A stretch of 63,379 nucleotides of DNA, the filler included, from Neolecta irregularis DAH-3 (taxonomy: Eukaryota), in assembly GCA_001929475.1 (NCBI GenBank). It is 11 parts of 11 records of this genome, joined end to end, with 100 filler letters (N's around TTAATTAATTAA, not from the genome) between each part and the next. Parts side by side here need not be neighbours in the genome. Positions count along the whole stretch, not along the records: positions 22,461 to 31,849 come from LXFE01004116.1; positions 31,950 to 36,287 come from LXFE01000563.1; positions 36,388 to 37,851 come from LXFE01004120.1; positions 37,952 to 39,509 come from LXFE01000565.1; 7 more parts are not named here. One strand, given 5' to 3'. Shown piece after piece: positions 26,824 to 38,920 of the stretch. Made by a program: the position numbers and the translations under genes. Position 1 is the first letter of the stretch; every line of letters begins with the position of its first letter. The notes under the pieces are model-generated. The model was not told the DNA's origin. It saw only the letters and a program-made list of their open reading frames with translations, and did no database searches.

Positions 26824-29599
26824 TTATAATTTCGGGACCGTCGAATTGGGATCATCGGATTCGGATTGACCGACGAGAAGTCCGATTGTTTGGACAACGT
26901 CCACTGGTTCGAGAATATGCCAGGATGCTGCGGTCATTTTGCTAGATGCACCAACGGTTGTTGCGAAACAGTACTTTGGGGGCGGTTCAATCATTCGAAG
27001 AGCTCTAAACATGTCTGATACAAGTCAGCAAACATCATCCATGTCTAAACGAACCTTCGTCAGTTTTATCATCACCGGCACAGAAGATGAATTCCACTGG
27101 ATCAGTCTCTGGAAAAGAGTTTATGAGTTTTTTTACAATTTCTCCCTTGTTGATATGTATTGGCCGAACCTCGAGGTTGGCTTTGCCAGTCAGGACTTCG
27201 ACATCATGCTTGGAGGTGATATTGTTCTCCAGATGATGTTGACATTCATGGGCTTGGAAAGCACCATAGTCTGGATCGGCTCGCCTGTAATGCCAAGTCA
27301 ACGCGCACCGCTTTCGTTCTACAAATGACCCTGATGTCAGTACGAGAACGAGATAACGTCGTGCCTTGGGTTCTTTCTGTGTAATACTGAAAGATCTCTA
27401 AAACATCCTTTTGCCACGACATATCCAAATCTGCAGTCAAGTTCACCCACTCCTCTTCACCTGGATATCGCATAAAACTCCCATGCTCGGCACTGTGTCC
27501 GGGTTATAATGTGAGATTTGGGAAACAAACCTCAAGCCAAGTCTAGGAATATTCCCCATCCAGTCTTCTAGAAACCTTTGATCGCGACCGGAAATTATCC
27601 AGACATGATTATTGCGATCCGCACTTAACAATTTGAGACTTCGTAGCATTCTATCGGTGGGAATTGCAGCACTTGGATCTCGCACGATAGGTGTAAGTGT
27701 ACCGTCGTAATCAAACATGAGTAAACGCTGCCGGGCACTTTTGTAAGCAGATAAAAGTAATGGTTTATCAAGGATGGGTGTCAACTGAGATTGATCGCGA
27801 GCCGAAAGGTTGACTTGAAGCCGTTCAAGAAATCCTCTAGTCCATGCTTGGACAGTATGAGTGGTAATGTGACCAAAGAGTTTGCTTTGTAAACTTCGTT
27901 TCTGATCTTCAGGCATATTAAGAGCGTCGTTGATGGTTTTGGCAACACCCTGATAACATCAGTGGCCGCGTAATGAGGGAAACATGCTCTTCCATCCCAG
28001 GGATTAACCTGGAGTGCGTCGCTTAGACTACCGGCAGTCCCAGTAAACTAGATTTTCAGCAAACATTCTAGTGAAGATTACAAACCTCTGATAAGATTAC
28101 AGGTCCGTTGTGAACATTTTGGCAAACGACGTACTCTAGGCCGGTCGTGTTCATTCCGTCTCGAACAGAGGTTATCAGTCCAATATCAGCAACGCGGAGA
28201 AGTGCAAAGTATTCGTCGGCGTCAAGATATTGATGATAATGGTGTACAGGGGTAAAATCTAACGAACCATAGAGACCGTTGATGTGAGATATCAGCTCCG
28301 ATACTTTTCTTTCGAGCTTGGGTGTTGCAACTGTAGCAGGGGTGGTGACCTGAATCAGAACAACCTGGGAATGAGAAATGAATTAATTAAAGGAGTGCTA
28401 CTTTATGTCTCCATTCGGGATAATGTTCGAGAAAGATCTCAAATGCGCGAAGTTTTTGGAGAACTCCCCGAACTTCATCAAGACAGTCTCGACCAACGAT
28501 GATTTTCTTGCCAGTGTATAATTCTCGAATGGCCTCCATTTTGGGGAGGACGCCGGGTGCTTGAGAATCACGCTCAACACGAGCAGCGTCGATTCCAATT
28601 GGATATACTTCGACTGCCACACGGGCGCCGTAAGCATCAACGCCAGAAGGCGTTGATTCAAAGCCGAGGACTCGGGAACAGCTACTGATGAAATGTCTTG
28701 AATAAGCATAACTTTGAAACCCGATAGTGTTTGCGCCCAGCATTCCCGAGAGAATCTCTTTCCTTCCTATAGATAAGAAGAATATGTATATAGACACTTA
28801 CTGGGCAAGCATCGAAAGTACTCTGAAGAAGGGAAAGGTGCATGCATGAAGAAGCCTATTTTGGCATTTGGTATCCTCTGCCGAAGAATTTGTGGGAGAA
28901 GCATGAATTGGTAATCGTGAATCCAAACTGTTTGTTCAATCAAGGGCGATATAGCGGAGGATTACTAATATCGCCAGGCTTGTGGATTTCCTCAATCTTA
29001 TCCGCAAAAGCTTGATTGAGGCGGATGTAGTCCCTCCACCAGGACTTTTCTTGCCGACCGTCTGTAGCGTCTTCCCAAAGGATGTAATGCAAGAGGGGCC
29101 AGATGACTGCGGATCAGTCCATTGCAGAGCAAGAATATACCTCGCTCGGCGTACATTCTCCACCGGCCCTGGCTCTCTGTTGATCCGAGAACATCGGTGC
29201 CCATCCAGACAGGCACGATTTCTTCCCCGCCCTGTGTATTTACAAGCCTGGCGAAAGCGGACTTGTCCGAGGGTGTGATTTCACAAGTAGCGGCCGGGTC
29301 ATTGGCGTTTCTGGCGAGATCGGGAGCGAGGGCCAATTCGCCCGTCCAGCCGATGAGCTTTGTGTCGAACTCCTTCTGGGCGCCGAGCCACCGGAGACTG
29401 CTGTAGAGCGCCGAGTTCCCGCGGCGCGGCACGATGTCCTGGGAGTGAGGAGGCGCGAAAAGGGCTGAGCAGGTACCCAGGCGCGGTCTGCGGGCGCAAA
29501 AGAGGCCTCGAACGGGACCAGCAGGGTGACCGCGAGGACTCTGGGGCGCGGGGCGCCGTTGGCCGGGTGGAGCAGGGCAGCGCCGTTGGATCCGGCCAT
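26824..29599 (-). CDS. TPS2: Trehalose-6-phosphate phosphatase subunit (GT20 plus HAD domains)
   Basis: RRGNSALYSS, WIHDYQ, FMHAPFPSSEYFRCL, GMLGANTIGFQSYAYSRHF, SVRDGMNTT.LEY, FDYDGTLTPIV, ISGRD, GKANLEVRP, CAGDDKTDEDMF. Confidence 0.95.
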
Positions 29600-29738
29600 A
29601 GACAGAGCAGCGGGGAGCGGGGAGGCAGCGGGAATGGCCGGCGCAATTGCGGGGTGACGTTGGATATTTAACCAGGTAACCAGCAGAAAGGGGTTCTATA
29701 CGGGGCCATCTGTTTAGCCACTCTACGACATCCCACTC

Positions 29739-30340
29739 TCATTCCTCCTTGGCGCCAGACACCTTGACCTTCTCCGCAGCTTTGATCGCTTGAGGCGAGT
29801 CATCCGGCCCAGACGTCCCGCCAAACATGCTCGTGACTTTAAACGGTCGCTTCAAGTCCCCACTGGCCGGCTTCCCAAACAGATGGATCTGGGCAACGTT
29901 GCTCTCCAGCGCCGACTTGAGCGGGAGGATGCTCTGAATGACGAGCGGCTGGGTAAATTTGAACCAAAAGTGCATCACACACATCATCGCAACACCCGTA
30001 AGAGTCCCCTTGATAGCCTTTTGTAGCTCCGACTGATCATAGCCCTTGATGGTGGTTGTAACGAGTTTTGGTTCGTGAGACCCGGACAAAGGGCCTGGGG
30101 TTTCAACGTACTTCAAAGTAGTCATATCTATCGCGTCAGTTAACAAGACGACTGAAAAATACCGTTTTTCTGCTTTATTTTGAGATGAATGATAAAATAC
30201 GAGAGCATGATGAGCGCATTGGACGCGATATACAAGCACCGAAGGTAAAAGACGATATTTGAATCTAGCAAATCTAATTTCTTGACAAGTTGCATCACCC
30301 CAAGGACAATAGCCAAATTTGTGATCTGTGGCGACGGCAT
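29739..30340 (-). CDS. PHO88: Pho88/Snd3 ER membrane protein (2 exons)
   Basis: MPSPQITNLAIVLGVMQ, KNDMTTLKYVE, TTIKGYD, MHFWFKFTQPLVIQSILPLKSALE, HLFGKPASGDLKRPF, GAKEE. Confidence 0.95.
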
Positions 30341-30554
30341 GATATTGTTGATATTAACCAAGGAAAGATGGGGAAGAAGGGGATTGCGGGCCAGGAAGGT
30401 TGCGGTTGAGGTTAGGTACCGTTTGAGCGACGTGGCCGAAAATTGCCATTACCCAAAATATCCCCTCACAAATACATATCCGAGTCTAACTCGTTTAAAA
30501 GTGGAATTAGAATGTACTTTGTTAGTCTATGCGCTAGTCTGTTGTCAGCACACG

Positions 30555-30890
30555 AGGGTGCTGATGTGGACTTGGATTGGATATGCCGACGTAGTTTGAG
30601 TATATTGAATATCAGGTGAAAGCCTCGCCAGCTAGTCCGGCTGGGCGCTATGTACAGATTCGCCACATGCGCTGCCGCATCTACCTGTCTGCCTTCCTAT
30701 TGGGCACGACTGGGATGAGCTGCTGCTCTCTCTCCTTTATTGAGCGGTGGCGGTNNNNNNNNNNGGGCTGGGCGCTATGTACAGATTCGCCACATGCGCT
30801 GCCGCATCTACCTGCCTGCCTTCCTATTGGGCACGACTGGGATGAGCTGCTGCTCTCTCTCCTTTATTGAGCGGTGGCGGTGGCAAGCTG
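30555..30890 (-). repeat. Dispersed repeat family A, copy 2 (internal duplication across a 10-N gap)
   Basis: Reverse-complement match to 6800-6970. Confidence 0.75.
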
Positions 30891-30911
30891 GTGGAGTTGC
30901 GTGGGGTAACG

Positions 30912-31849
30912 TTACCAGACGATATTGAATCAATGATTACGGAACGTAATTCCTACTATGTTTCAAAACGTACAGATGGGACTGCACAGTAGCGCCAGGG
31001 ACACTTGCATGTTAAATCTATTGTTGTAACATACGATTTCAACTGTATCTAAGTTTCTTTAAATAAAAGAGCATATTTAATTTGAAGAGAAACATGACTG
31101 GATTAGTGATTATGTATGATCAGGAATTTAATTCCAGTGGTATGGCGTGTCGTTATACAAGAGCATTCTTTGTGAAATGCGTGACTAGACGTTACTGTTA
31201 CAGCACTCAAACGGAAATTCAAACACGTTACTCTTCCACGCACTTTTCCCTTGCAAATCAAATTTATAGCGGTTATTACGTTACTCTTCCACGCAAATCT
31301 AACCGACCATGCACCAAAACACGGCAATTCTAAATTTATCACGTTGATAATAAAGGTAATAAGTGCAAGACACGGTGTACAAGCTAGTTCCTAGCGTACC
31401 TTTACCTAATTTCAAGGCACTAAATCTGGGAGTGTCCTGACGCTAGGGGTATGACGTAACAGGCGGAGGAACGGAACGACACGAGTTAGTGACGTTTAAT
31501 ATGCCGGAAATTGACATGACACGAAAAAAAGAAACGCAAAAGGCGAAAAATGAGACTGGAAGTGATAGGTGGACGGATAGGTATCTCGCTACTCGTTGGA
31601 GATGGAATAGACCGACGGGATAATAGCCGATGTAATATTGATTGACGCAAATGGAAATTTGGCAGGATTATTAGACGGATGGAAATTTGACAGGATTATA
31701 GACGGATGGAAATTTGACAGGATTATAGACGGATGGANNNNNNNNNNATTACCAGACGATATTGAATCAATGATTACGGAACGTAATTCCTACTATGTTT
31801 CAAAACGTACTGATGGGACTGCACAGTAGCGCCAGGGACACTTGCATGT
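30912..31849 (+). repeat. ~100-bp direct repeat (30912-31011 and 31749-31849) plus a 27-bp tandem repeat (31650-31737)
   Basis: ttaccagacgatattgaatc...gggacacttgcatgt occurs twice with one visible mismatch. The unit gacggatggaaatttgacaggattata occurs about three times. Confidence 0.8.
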
Positions 31850-31964
31850 NNNNNNNNNNNNNNNNNNNNNNNNNNNNNNNNNNNNNNNNNNNNTTAATTA
31901 ATTAANNNNNNNNNNNNNNNNNNNNNNNNNNNNNNNNNNNNNNNNNNNNCCACACCCGCCATCG

Positions 31965-34900
31965 ATGCCGCCCTGCCCGCTCGCGGCTGCCGCAGACCTG
32001 CTGGCCCGCATCGCCTGCGGCGACCCTGTCGATCCTGCCCCTGCCGTCCTCGATGCCCATCCCGCCCTCGCCGCCGCCATCCGCGCCATACACGCCCGCC
32101 TCGCCCCGCAGCCCTCCCTCTGCGCCACCACCCCCTGCATCGCCCCCTCCCTCAACGCCACGGCCTCCCGCAACTCCCGTGATCTCTCCCTCGACACCCT
32201 CCAGCAGGACCTGCATCTCATATTTGCCCGCATGCGCGACGACTGGGCCCTCTCCTCCGCAGACATCGTCGCCCGCTGCTCAGCCCTCCTCTCCCAGGAC
32301 TCCCCCTCCCCCGTCCCCGCGGAAATGGAGGTCGTCCAGCTCAAAAACACAAACGAGGCCTTCACCACTGCCCTCGGCGAGATCATAGAGGTCGTAAAAG
32401 CGGTCGCAAAGGGCGACCTCTCAAAGACCGTCACCGCGGAACACGCAAACCCCATGCTCGCAGAACTAAAGGTCCGCCTTCCCGTATCCCTCTGACCCCA
32501 GGTCACTATCAATGCTATGGTCGGCCATCTCCGCACCTTTGCTTCAGAAGTCACCCGCGTCGCCCGCGAAGTAGGCACCGAAGGCATCCTCGGCGGCCAG
32601 GCTAAAATTGAAGGCGTAGAGGGCACCTGGAGGCAGCTCGCCGACAATGTATGTCCGCACTGGTCGCCCTGACAATAGGTGAACGACATGGCTCGCAACC
32701 TCACAGACCAGGTCCGCGAAATATCCTCCGTCACTACCGCTGTCGCAAGCGGCGACCTGGTGCGTCCATTTGTCGCCCCTCTTACACTAGAGCCAAAAAA
32801 TTGAAGTCCACGCAAAAGGCGAAATGCATGTACCCTTCTCGTCTCTGCTCTAACAGCAGTCTGTTGCTCAAAACCACTATAAACAACATGGTCAATAGAC
32901 TAAATGTCTTTGCCTTTGAAGTCACTCGCGTCGCACGAGAAGTAGGCATAGACGGCAAACTAGGCGTCCAGGCAGAAGTCAATGATGTCCACGGCACTTG
33001 GAAAGAAATTACCTCAAACGTCAATACCATGGCCACAAACCTCACAAGCGTATGCCCCCCTTCTTCTCTGCTGATTTCAGCAAGTAACTATTGCTCTCCT
33101 CTGATGCTCACTCAAGGTTCGGCCTTTCCCCATGTCCCATGCTCACTCAAGGTCCGTGCTTTTGCTCAAATCACCGCTTCAGCTACAGATGGAGACTTTA
33201 CCAGATTCATCACCGTCGAAGCCTCTGGAGGTCGTTCTTCTTTCTTCGATATATTAACAGCAGAAATGGACACTCTTAAAACCAAAATCAATCAAATGGT
33301 GCACAATCTCCGAGACAGTATCCAAAAGAACACCCAAGCAAAAGAAGCTGCCGAGCTCGCTAATAGAGCAAAATCAGAGTTTTTGGCAAATATGTATGCT
33401 GCCTGCTATCCTTTTCCAACTCTAGGTCACATGAAATTAGAACACCCATGAATGGGATAATTGGAATGACCACCCTGACTTTGGAAACCGAATTAACCCG
33501 CGCTCAACGAGAAAACCTGCTCATCGTGCAAAACTTGGCCCATTCCTTGTTGGCCATCATTGACGATATCCTCGATATCTCAAAAAGTGTCCCCTCTGCA
33601 TATTGGACTAACAGTTAGTCGAGGCAAATCGCATGAACGTTGAACAAATCCCCTTTTCACTACGCGCCGCCGTATTTGGAGTTCTTAAAACGCTGGCCGT
33701 AAAAGCTACTCAAAAAGATCTTGCGTTGAATTATGACGTTGATAATAACATCCCTGATCACGTCATTGGAGACCCTCTCCGTCTTAAACAAGTCATTACA
33801 AACTTGGTTGGAAATGCCATTGTACGAGTATTTATTTTCTTTCTGACTGTAGAAATTCACTGACCAAGGCCATGTTGCTTTGAGTGTTCGTATGGAGCAT
33901 AATACAGTCACCGAACCCGGTTCTTTGCTTTTGAAATTTTGTGTTGCTGATACGGGAATCGGTATTCCTCAGGACAAGAAAAAGATCATTTTTGGCACGT
34001 TTGTCCAAGCTGACGGATCCACCACTCGAGTATTTTTCAGATAGTGTTATGCTGATTGTAGAAATTCGGCGGAACGGGTCTTGGCTTGTCGATTTCGAAA
34101 AACTTGGTAGATCTCATGGGTGGCGTAGTTTGGGTCGAAGGAGAATATGGCAGTGGAAGTCAATTCTACTTTACCATTAAATTCAAAGAAGGCGAACTTG
34201 ATATTAACGCTCAAATGCAGCAGATGCAATCATTCCACGGACGGTCAATCTTATTTATTGACGTCCTTCGAGACCAGACTGGGGTCGCTTTAATCATTAC
34301 TAAATTAGGTCTTGTACCACATGTCGTTCATTCAATTGAAGAAGCGAGCAATTTCCCTAAATCGACTCTTTTCGATACGATCATCGTAGATTCGTTGGAA
34401 CCAGCCATGAAACTTCGCGAAGTGCAAAGTCTACGGTATATCCCTGTGGTCCTCTTGGCTCCCTCGATACCAAATTTAAACCTCAAAAGTTGTCTTGATC
34501 TGGGAATTACGAGTTATAGCAATACGCCTACCGACATTGGAGATCTTTCTTCGGCGTTGTTACCTGCCCTTGAAAGTCGAGCATCCCCCTCTAGTTCCGA
34601 GAACCCCAAAACGCTAAATATACTTTTAGCTGAGGACAACGAAGTGAACCAGAAACTAGCTGTAAAGATTCTGGAAAAGTACAAGCACAAGGTTATTGTC
34701 GTTGATAACGGACAAGCTGCTGTTGAAGCAGTAAAGGGCGACCAGGATTTTGACGCAATTTTAATGGACGGTAACGTGATTTTCCAGCATACATGGCTAA
34801 ATACCAGTGCAAATGCCTATTATGGGCGGCTTTGAAGCAACCGGGTTAATTCGAGAATGGGAAAGGGAAAATAATCGTCCGAGTTTACCTATAATCGCTC

Positions 34901-35247
34901 TAACCGCTCACGCAATGCTAGGGGACAAGGTACTTTTCCTTTCCGAGCTAAATACTTACGCTCAGGAAAAATGTTTAGCGGCTTCGATGACCGATTACGT
35001 TCAAAAACCGCTTAAAATCTCCGAACTAGAACGGGCGCTTGCTCGTGTGCAGGAACACCGCGAGTCTCATAGACCATGGGTTACTAAAAACAGTTATGTT
35101 CAGCCTAAATATGACCGAACTGGTCTTGTTACTAGGATTTTGCCGGATATCGATTTAGCGGGTCTTGCTGAGCAGCAGTGTATTTCTAGACCTTGTTCGC
35201 GAAGTGGAGTCGACGATATTAGTCTTGTCATCACTCCATTGATTTAA
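31965..35247 (+). CDS. NIK1: Group III hybrid histidine kinase (Nik1/Os-1 type)
   Basis: Poly-HAMP repeats ([18 protein letters not shown]...GTW), H-box [23 protein letters not shown]-box [15 protein letters not shown] boxes DTGIGI and FGGTGLGL, and receiver [27 protein letters not shown]. Confidence 0.95.
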
Positions 35248-36070
35248 GCAATACGTTCATTCTATTCCTTTCATATTTTCGTTATTTACTGCTGATGTTT
35301 ATCACGGCCTGTTTTGCATCATGTTCTTGTTTTTCTTAGTTACTGCGTTTTTGCTGAGCGTTTTTGTCTTGGTTATTGTCTCAAGAGATTATTTTGTTTT
35401 TTGTGGTTCAATATATGTTGATGGGGCATTGATTATCTGCGATTATCCTTGTATCCTCATCAGTATTATCAACAGTTGCCGGTACAATTTCACAATTTAC
35501 CACCACGCAGTGTCAATTAATTACGGCCTCGTGTTTGCCCTCCTAACCTTTCCCCGTATGTCCTTTGCAGCTTTGTAGAAAATGTCCTCTGGCTGGTATG
35601 AAAATGATATTGTAATCTTTGGAGGATTTGGCTTATTTTAGTCAATGTCTAGATTCTATAACCGATGCGGTGCTGTTTCCTGTTGGGTCTGTAGGCGCTT
35701 GCTTGTAGGACCGAATATGCTTATTCATATAGCAAAGGGTTCTAACCATAGTTATTTCTCGGTTTATACAAGTCATCTAAGTCTGCAAGCTCTGCAATTG
35801 CAGCCTGCGATACTCCCAAGTCGATACCCCCAGAAGTCGACACTGTAAGTATTTACCCTCGTAAAGCTTACCATTACGGAAGGAAGGCTTGCAATAATAT
35901 TGCGGCAATTTAATTTGTATGATATAAAGTAGATAGGCGTTCATTACCTAGCCAAGTTCAGTCACTCAGGTTACAAGATACATATATATAATACAAATTT
36001 AACCACAACCTCTATTTCACACACTGATCTTGTGGAATTGAAATCAAGACTCTGTCCAGTCTACCCTTTG

Positions 36071-36287
36071 CTATTGTGCTTTCTCATTTAGCTTGGTTTT
36101 CCGAATGCCATGTTCAATTGACTTGAACAAGAAATGATCTCGATGATAGCTATTAAACGGTGTGAAGTGATTTTCAACCACTTCTATTTTGGTCGCCTCG
36201 TACAGGCGAACGGATACTTCTTCGTCATCATCTTGTGATTCTTGTGCTGTAGTAATAGGTCGAGGCGGGATGATTTTCATGTCATCT
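36071..36287 (-). CDS. Possible 3' end of a gene truncated by the gap
   Basis: Open frame running into the gap with protein-like composition. No family recognised. Confidence 0.3.
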
Positions 36288-36387
36288 NNNNNNNNNNNNN
36301 NNNNNNNNNNNNNNNNNNNNNNNNNNNNNNNTTAATTAATTAANNNNNNNNNNNNNNNNNNNNNNNNNNNNNNNNNNNNNNNNNNNN

Positions 36388-37300
36388 ATATTTGGGTCAC
36401 GATGGTGGCTGGCAACGCACCCTTGCCCGGCCCATGGGCCTACATGGGCCGAAACGGGCTTTTTCACGTGATATTAAATAATACTACGCAGCCTTCTCCC
36501 AAGTCTCCTCCGTAACTGCTTTCCTACCGGCCTCGCCTGCCCGCCCCGCCTGCCCGCCTTGCCAGTCCATCTCGCCAGCCTCTTCCATCTCACCCTCGTC
36601 GCGCTCTTCTCGCCTGCTTCTCCTGCCTGTCTCGCCTGCCTCTCCCGTCTATCTCTCCTGCCTCTCCTGCCCGTCTCGAGCAGCAGTGCATGGCCAGGGC
36701 GAGTAGCGCATCTGCAACCACAAAGGCGACGCTGCGCCAGGCTGCCGCCGAAGAGTACAACGACGGGTTCGCGGGCGGTGAGCAGCCAGCGTCCACAGCA
36801 GCAGCATGCCAAGCTCCGCGCCCCCAATTGCTGCCGCCGCCCAACGCCGCCGCGTGCAGCAGTTGCGGCCATGCAAGCCCAGGCAGCGCATGCACAAATA
36901 ACACCAGCACCGAGCAGTGCGCGCACCCCGTCCCGCCCGTCTCACCCGTCTCCCGCCTCACGCCTCACTNNNNNNNNNNGTGCAGCAGTTGCGGCCATGC
37001 AAGCCCAGGCAGCGCATGCACAATAACCCCAGCACCGAGCAGTGCGCGCACCCCGTCCCGCCCGTCTCACCCGTCTCCCGCCTCACGCCTCACTCTTGCC
37101 TCATGCCCCCGTCTCACCCTTGCGCGCCCGCCTCATGCTTCTGTCTTGCCGACCTGTCAGTTCCCTTGCCAATATTCAGATAGATATCAAGAATTATATA
37201 CATAATATAGCAATTTATACCAACTTTTTAACATATTCCTGCCCATCTCTGCTCTGCATGCCACCACTCAAAATGGGCCGGGCTTTTTATGCCAACACTG
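36388..37300. mobile_element. Probable non-autonomous DNA element, GC-rich, ending in a hAT-like terminus
   Basis: Ends TGCCAACACTG at 37300, the reverse complement of CAGTGTTGGCA also found at 61749. Subterminal GGGCC/GGCCC motifs. No credible ORF. Confidence 0.45.
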
Positions 37301-37402
37301 CGCTTATTATATCTTTTATTGTGTCGGAATCAGGGGGGTGTGGGTTAAATCGGCGCTGAGCTTAGCGGTCGCATCCCTCAATTCCATCAACATACCAAAA
37401 TC

Positions 37403-37851
37403 ATGTCTGCCTCAATCATTCGAATGATTGAGAATTATTCTGCCTGCGATGTTTCGGATGCGCTTGTCAAAATGGGATATCGAAACGCAGGTTTTTCAGC
37501 AGATTAATCGCAAGTTTAACGCTGATGTGCGAGGGTTGTTACCCCGCATTACACCCGGACATAACAAATGCACAAAAATACACGGACCTGCGTTTACAGT
37601 AAAATCGGTTCCCATTGACGATACCACCAGCCCAAAGATTGAAGGACATTGGATAGATAAAGTGCGACCTGGAAGTGTTATCGTCATCTCTCAGCCTGAA
37701 CCGCATTTTGTCGCTATGGTCGGAGGTATACTTGCCGCTCGAGCGAAATATCTCGGGGCAAAAGGAATCATCATTGATGGTTATTTTCGGGATGTTGAAG
37801 AAATTGAAAATATGGAGATTCCGGTATTTTTATTCTTTGTCCTACAAGATT
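37403..37851 (+). CDS. RraA-like / HMG aldolase family protein, 3' end in gap
   Basis: YSACDVSDAL, IHGPAFTVK, HWIDKVRPGSVIVISQP, AMVGGILAARAKYLGAKGIIIDGYFRDVEEI. Confidence 0.9.
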
Positions 37852-37951
37852 NNNNNNNNNNNNNNNNNNNNNNNNNNNNNNNNNNNNNNNNNNNNTTAAT
37901 TAATTAANNNNNNNNNNNNNNNNNNNNNNNNNNNNNNNNNNNNNNNNNNNN

Positions 37952-38920
37952 GTTGATTCTATAGATGCCAATTGTGGAATAGGTACTGGAGTAGAGTCTG
38001 GTACAAGAGTTGTGAGGATTGGTGGTGTTGATGACAATTTGGTTGAAATACTATCATCAAATTGAGGATTTGGAGATGATCCTGGTTGCATCATAGGAAA
38101 TATTGGAGGTGGGAAGGCTAATTCTCCATTTGTAATGGTTTTGTAGCAAAGCTCATCCAGTTCTTTAAAAAATGGAAGAGTTTTGTGTTTGAAATTAGCA
38201 GCATCAGGATGTTCCTGAATGTAATTATCCCAAATATCATCTGGCACCATCACTACCTCCTTCTGACTCTCCCAACCAAAACCAGAATTCAGTTTAAGTC
38301 TGGTAAATGTTCAATAATCAAGTTTTATTTATATCAAGTTAGCAAATATTGTTTATGAGATAATTGTCCATACAGTACTGAACTTGGATTATATCTGGCC
38401 CAGATCATATACAGTACCATACCTGATATTTAAAATTCCCCAAATCTCTTCCCATATAACTTATTTAAACCTTCTATCTGATATTCTCCCTGTGTAAGCA
38501 TATAAGCTTACATATGCTTACTACATTTCTTTACCTTTGTCCTACATGGTGTTACATTGTACAACGTTGTGTGATATTGGTGTCATGTGTTGCGATGTTT
38601 GTGTGACGTTGCACATCACATGTTCATGAGGGACCTTCCTTTATTATATATAGCTGATGTGGCACCATGCCTAACTATTCTCACTTTGCATCTATTGAGA
38701 TATTAGACTTGTTCATTGTTGCCTAGTACACAGTTGGTGTAACCCGATCACCTTTGTGTAACTCGATTGCCTTTGTGTATCCCGATCGTACTCGTGTAAC
38801 CAGATTGCACCAGTATAACCATCCTATAGAAAGCAACAGGTTACACCCTGCTCTTGCTTCATCAAGCAAGGCATATATCAAGGTTTGTTCTTGATTAACA
38901 TTCCATTTTGCCCTGGTCAT
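37952..38920 (-). pseudogene. Myb/SANT-like DNA-binding ORF of PIF/Harbinger type, disrupted
   Basis: MTRAKWNVNQEQTLIYALLDEARAG / RISDRRFK*VIWEEI..QI*SKF / NSGFGWESQKEVVMVPDDIWDNYIQEHPDAANFKHKTLPFFKELDEL. In-frame stops plus an LTR insertion. Confidence 0.85.
38493..38845. mobile_element. Solo LTR (353 bp)
   Basis: TGTAA...TTACA termini and a perfect 5-bp TSD CCCTG (38488-38492 and 38846-38850). Removing it restores the Myb/SANT reading frame. Confidence 0.9.

Noticed and set aside
30640-30880. Duplications flanking 10-N gaps (also 36850-37095 and 58313-58500)
   Set aside because: Near-identical sequence on both sides of a small gap is typical of unmerged contig overlaps.
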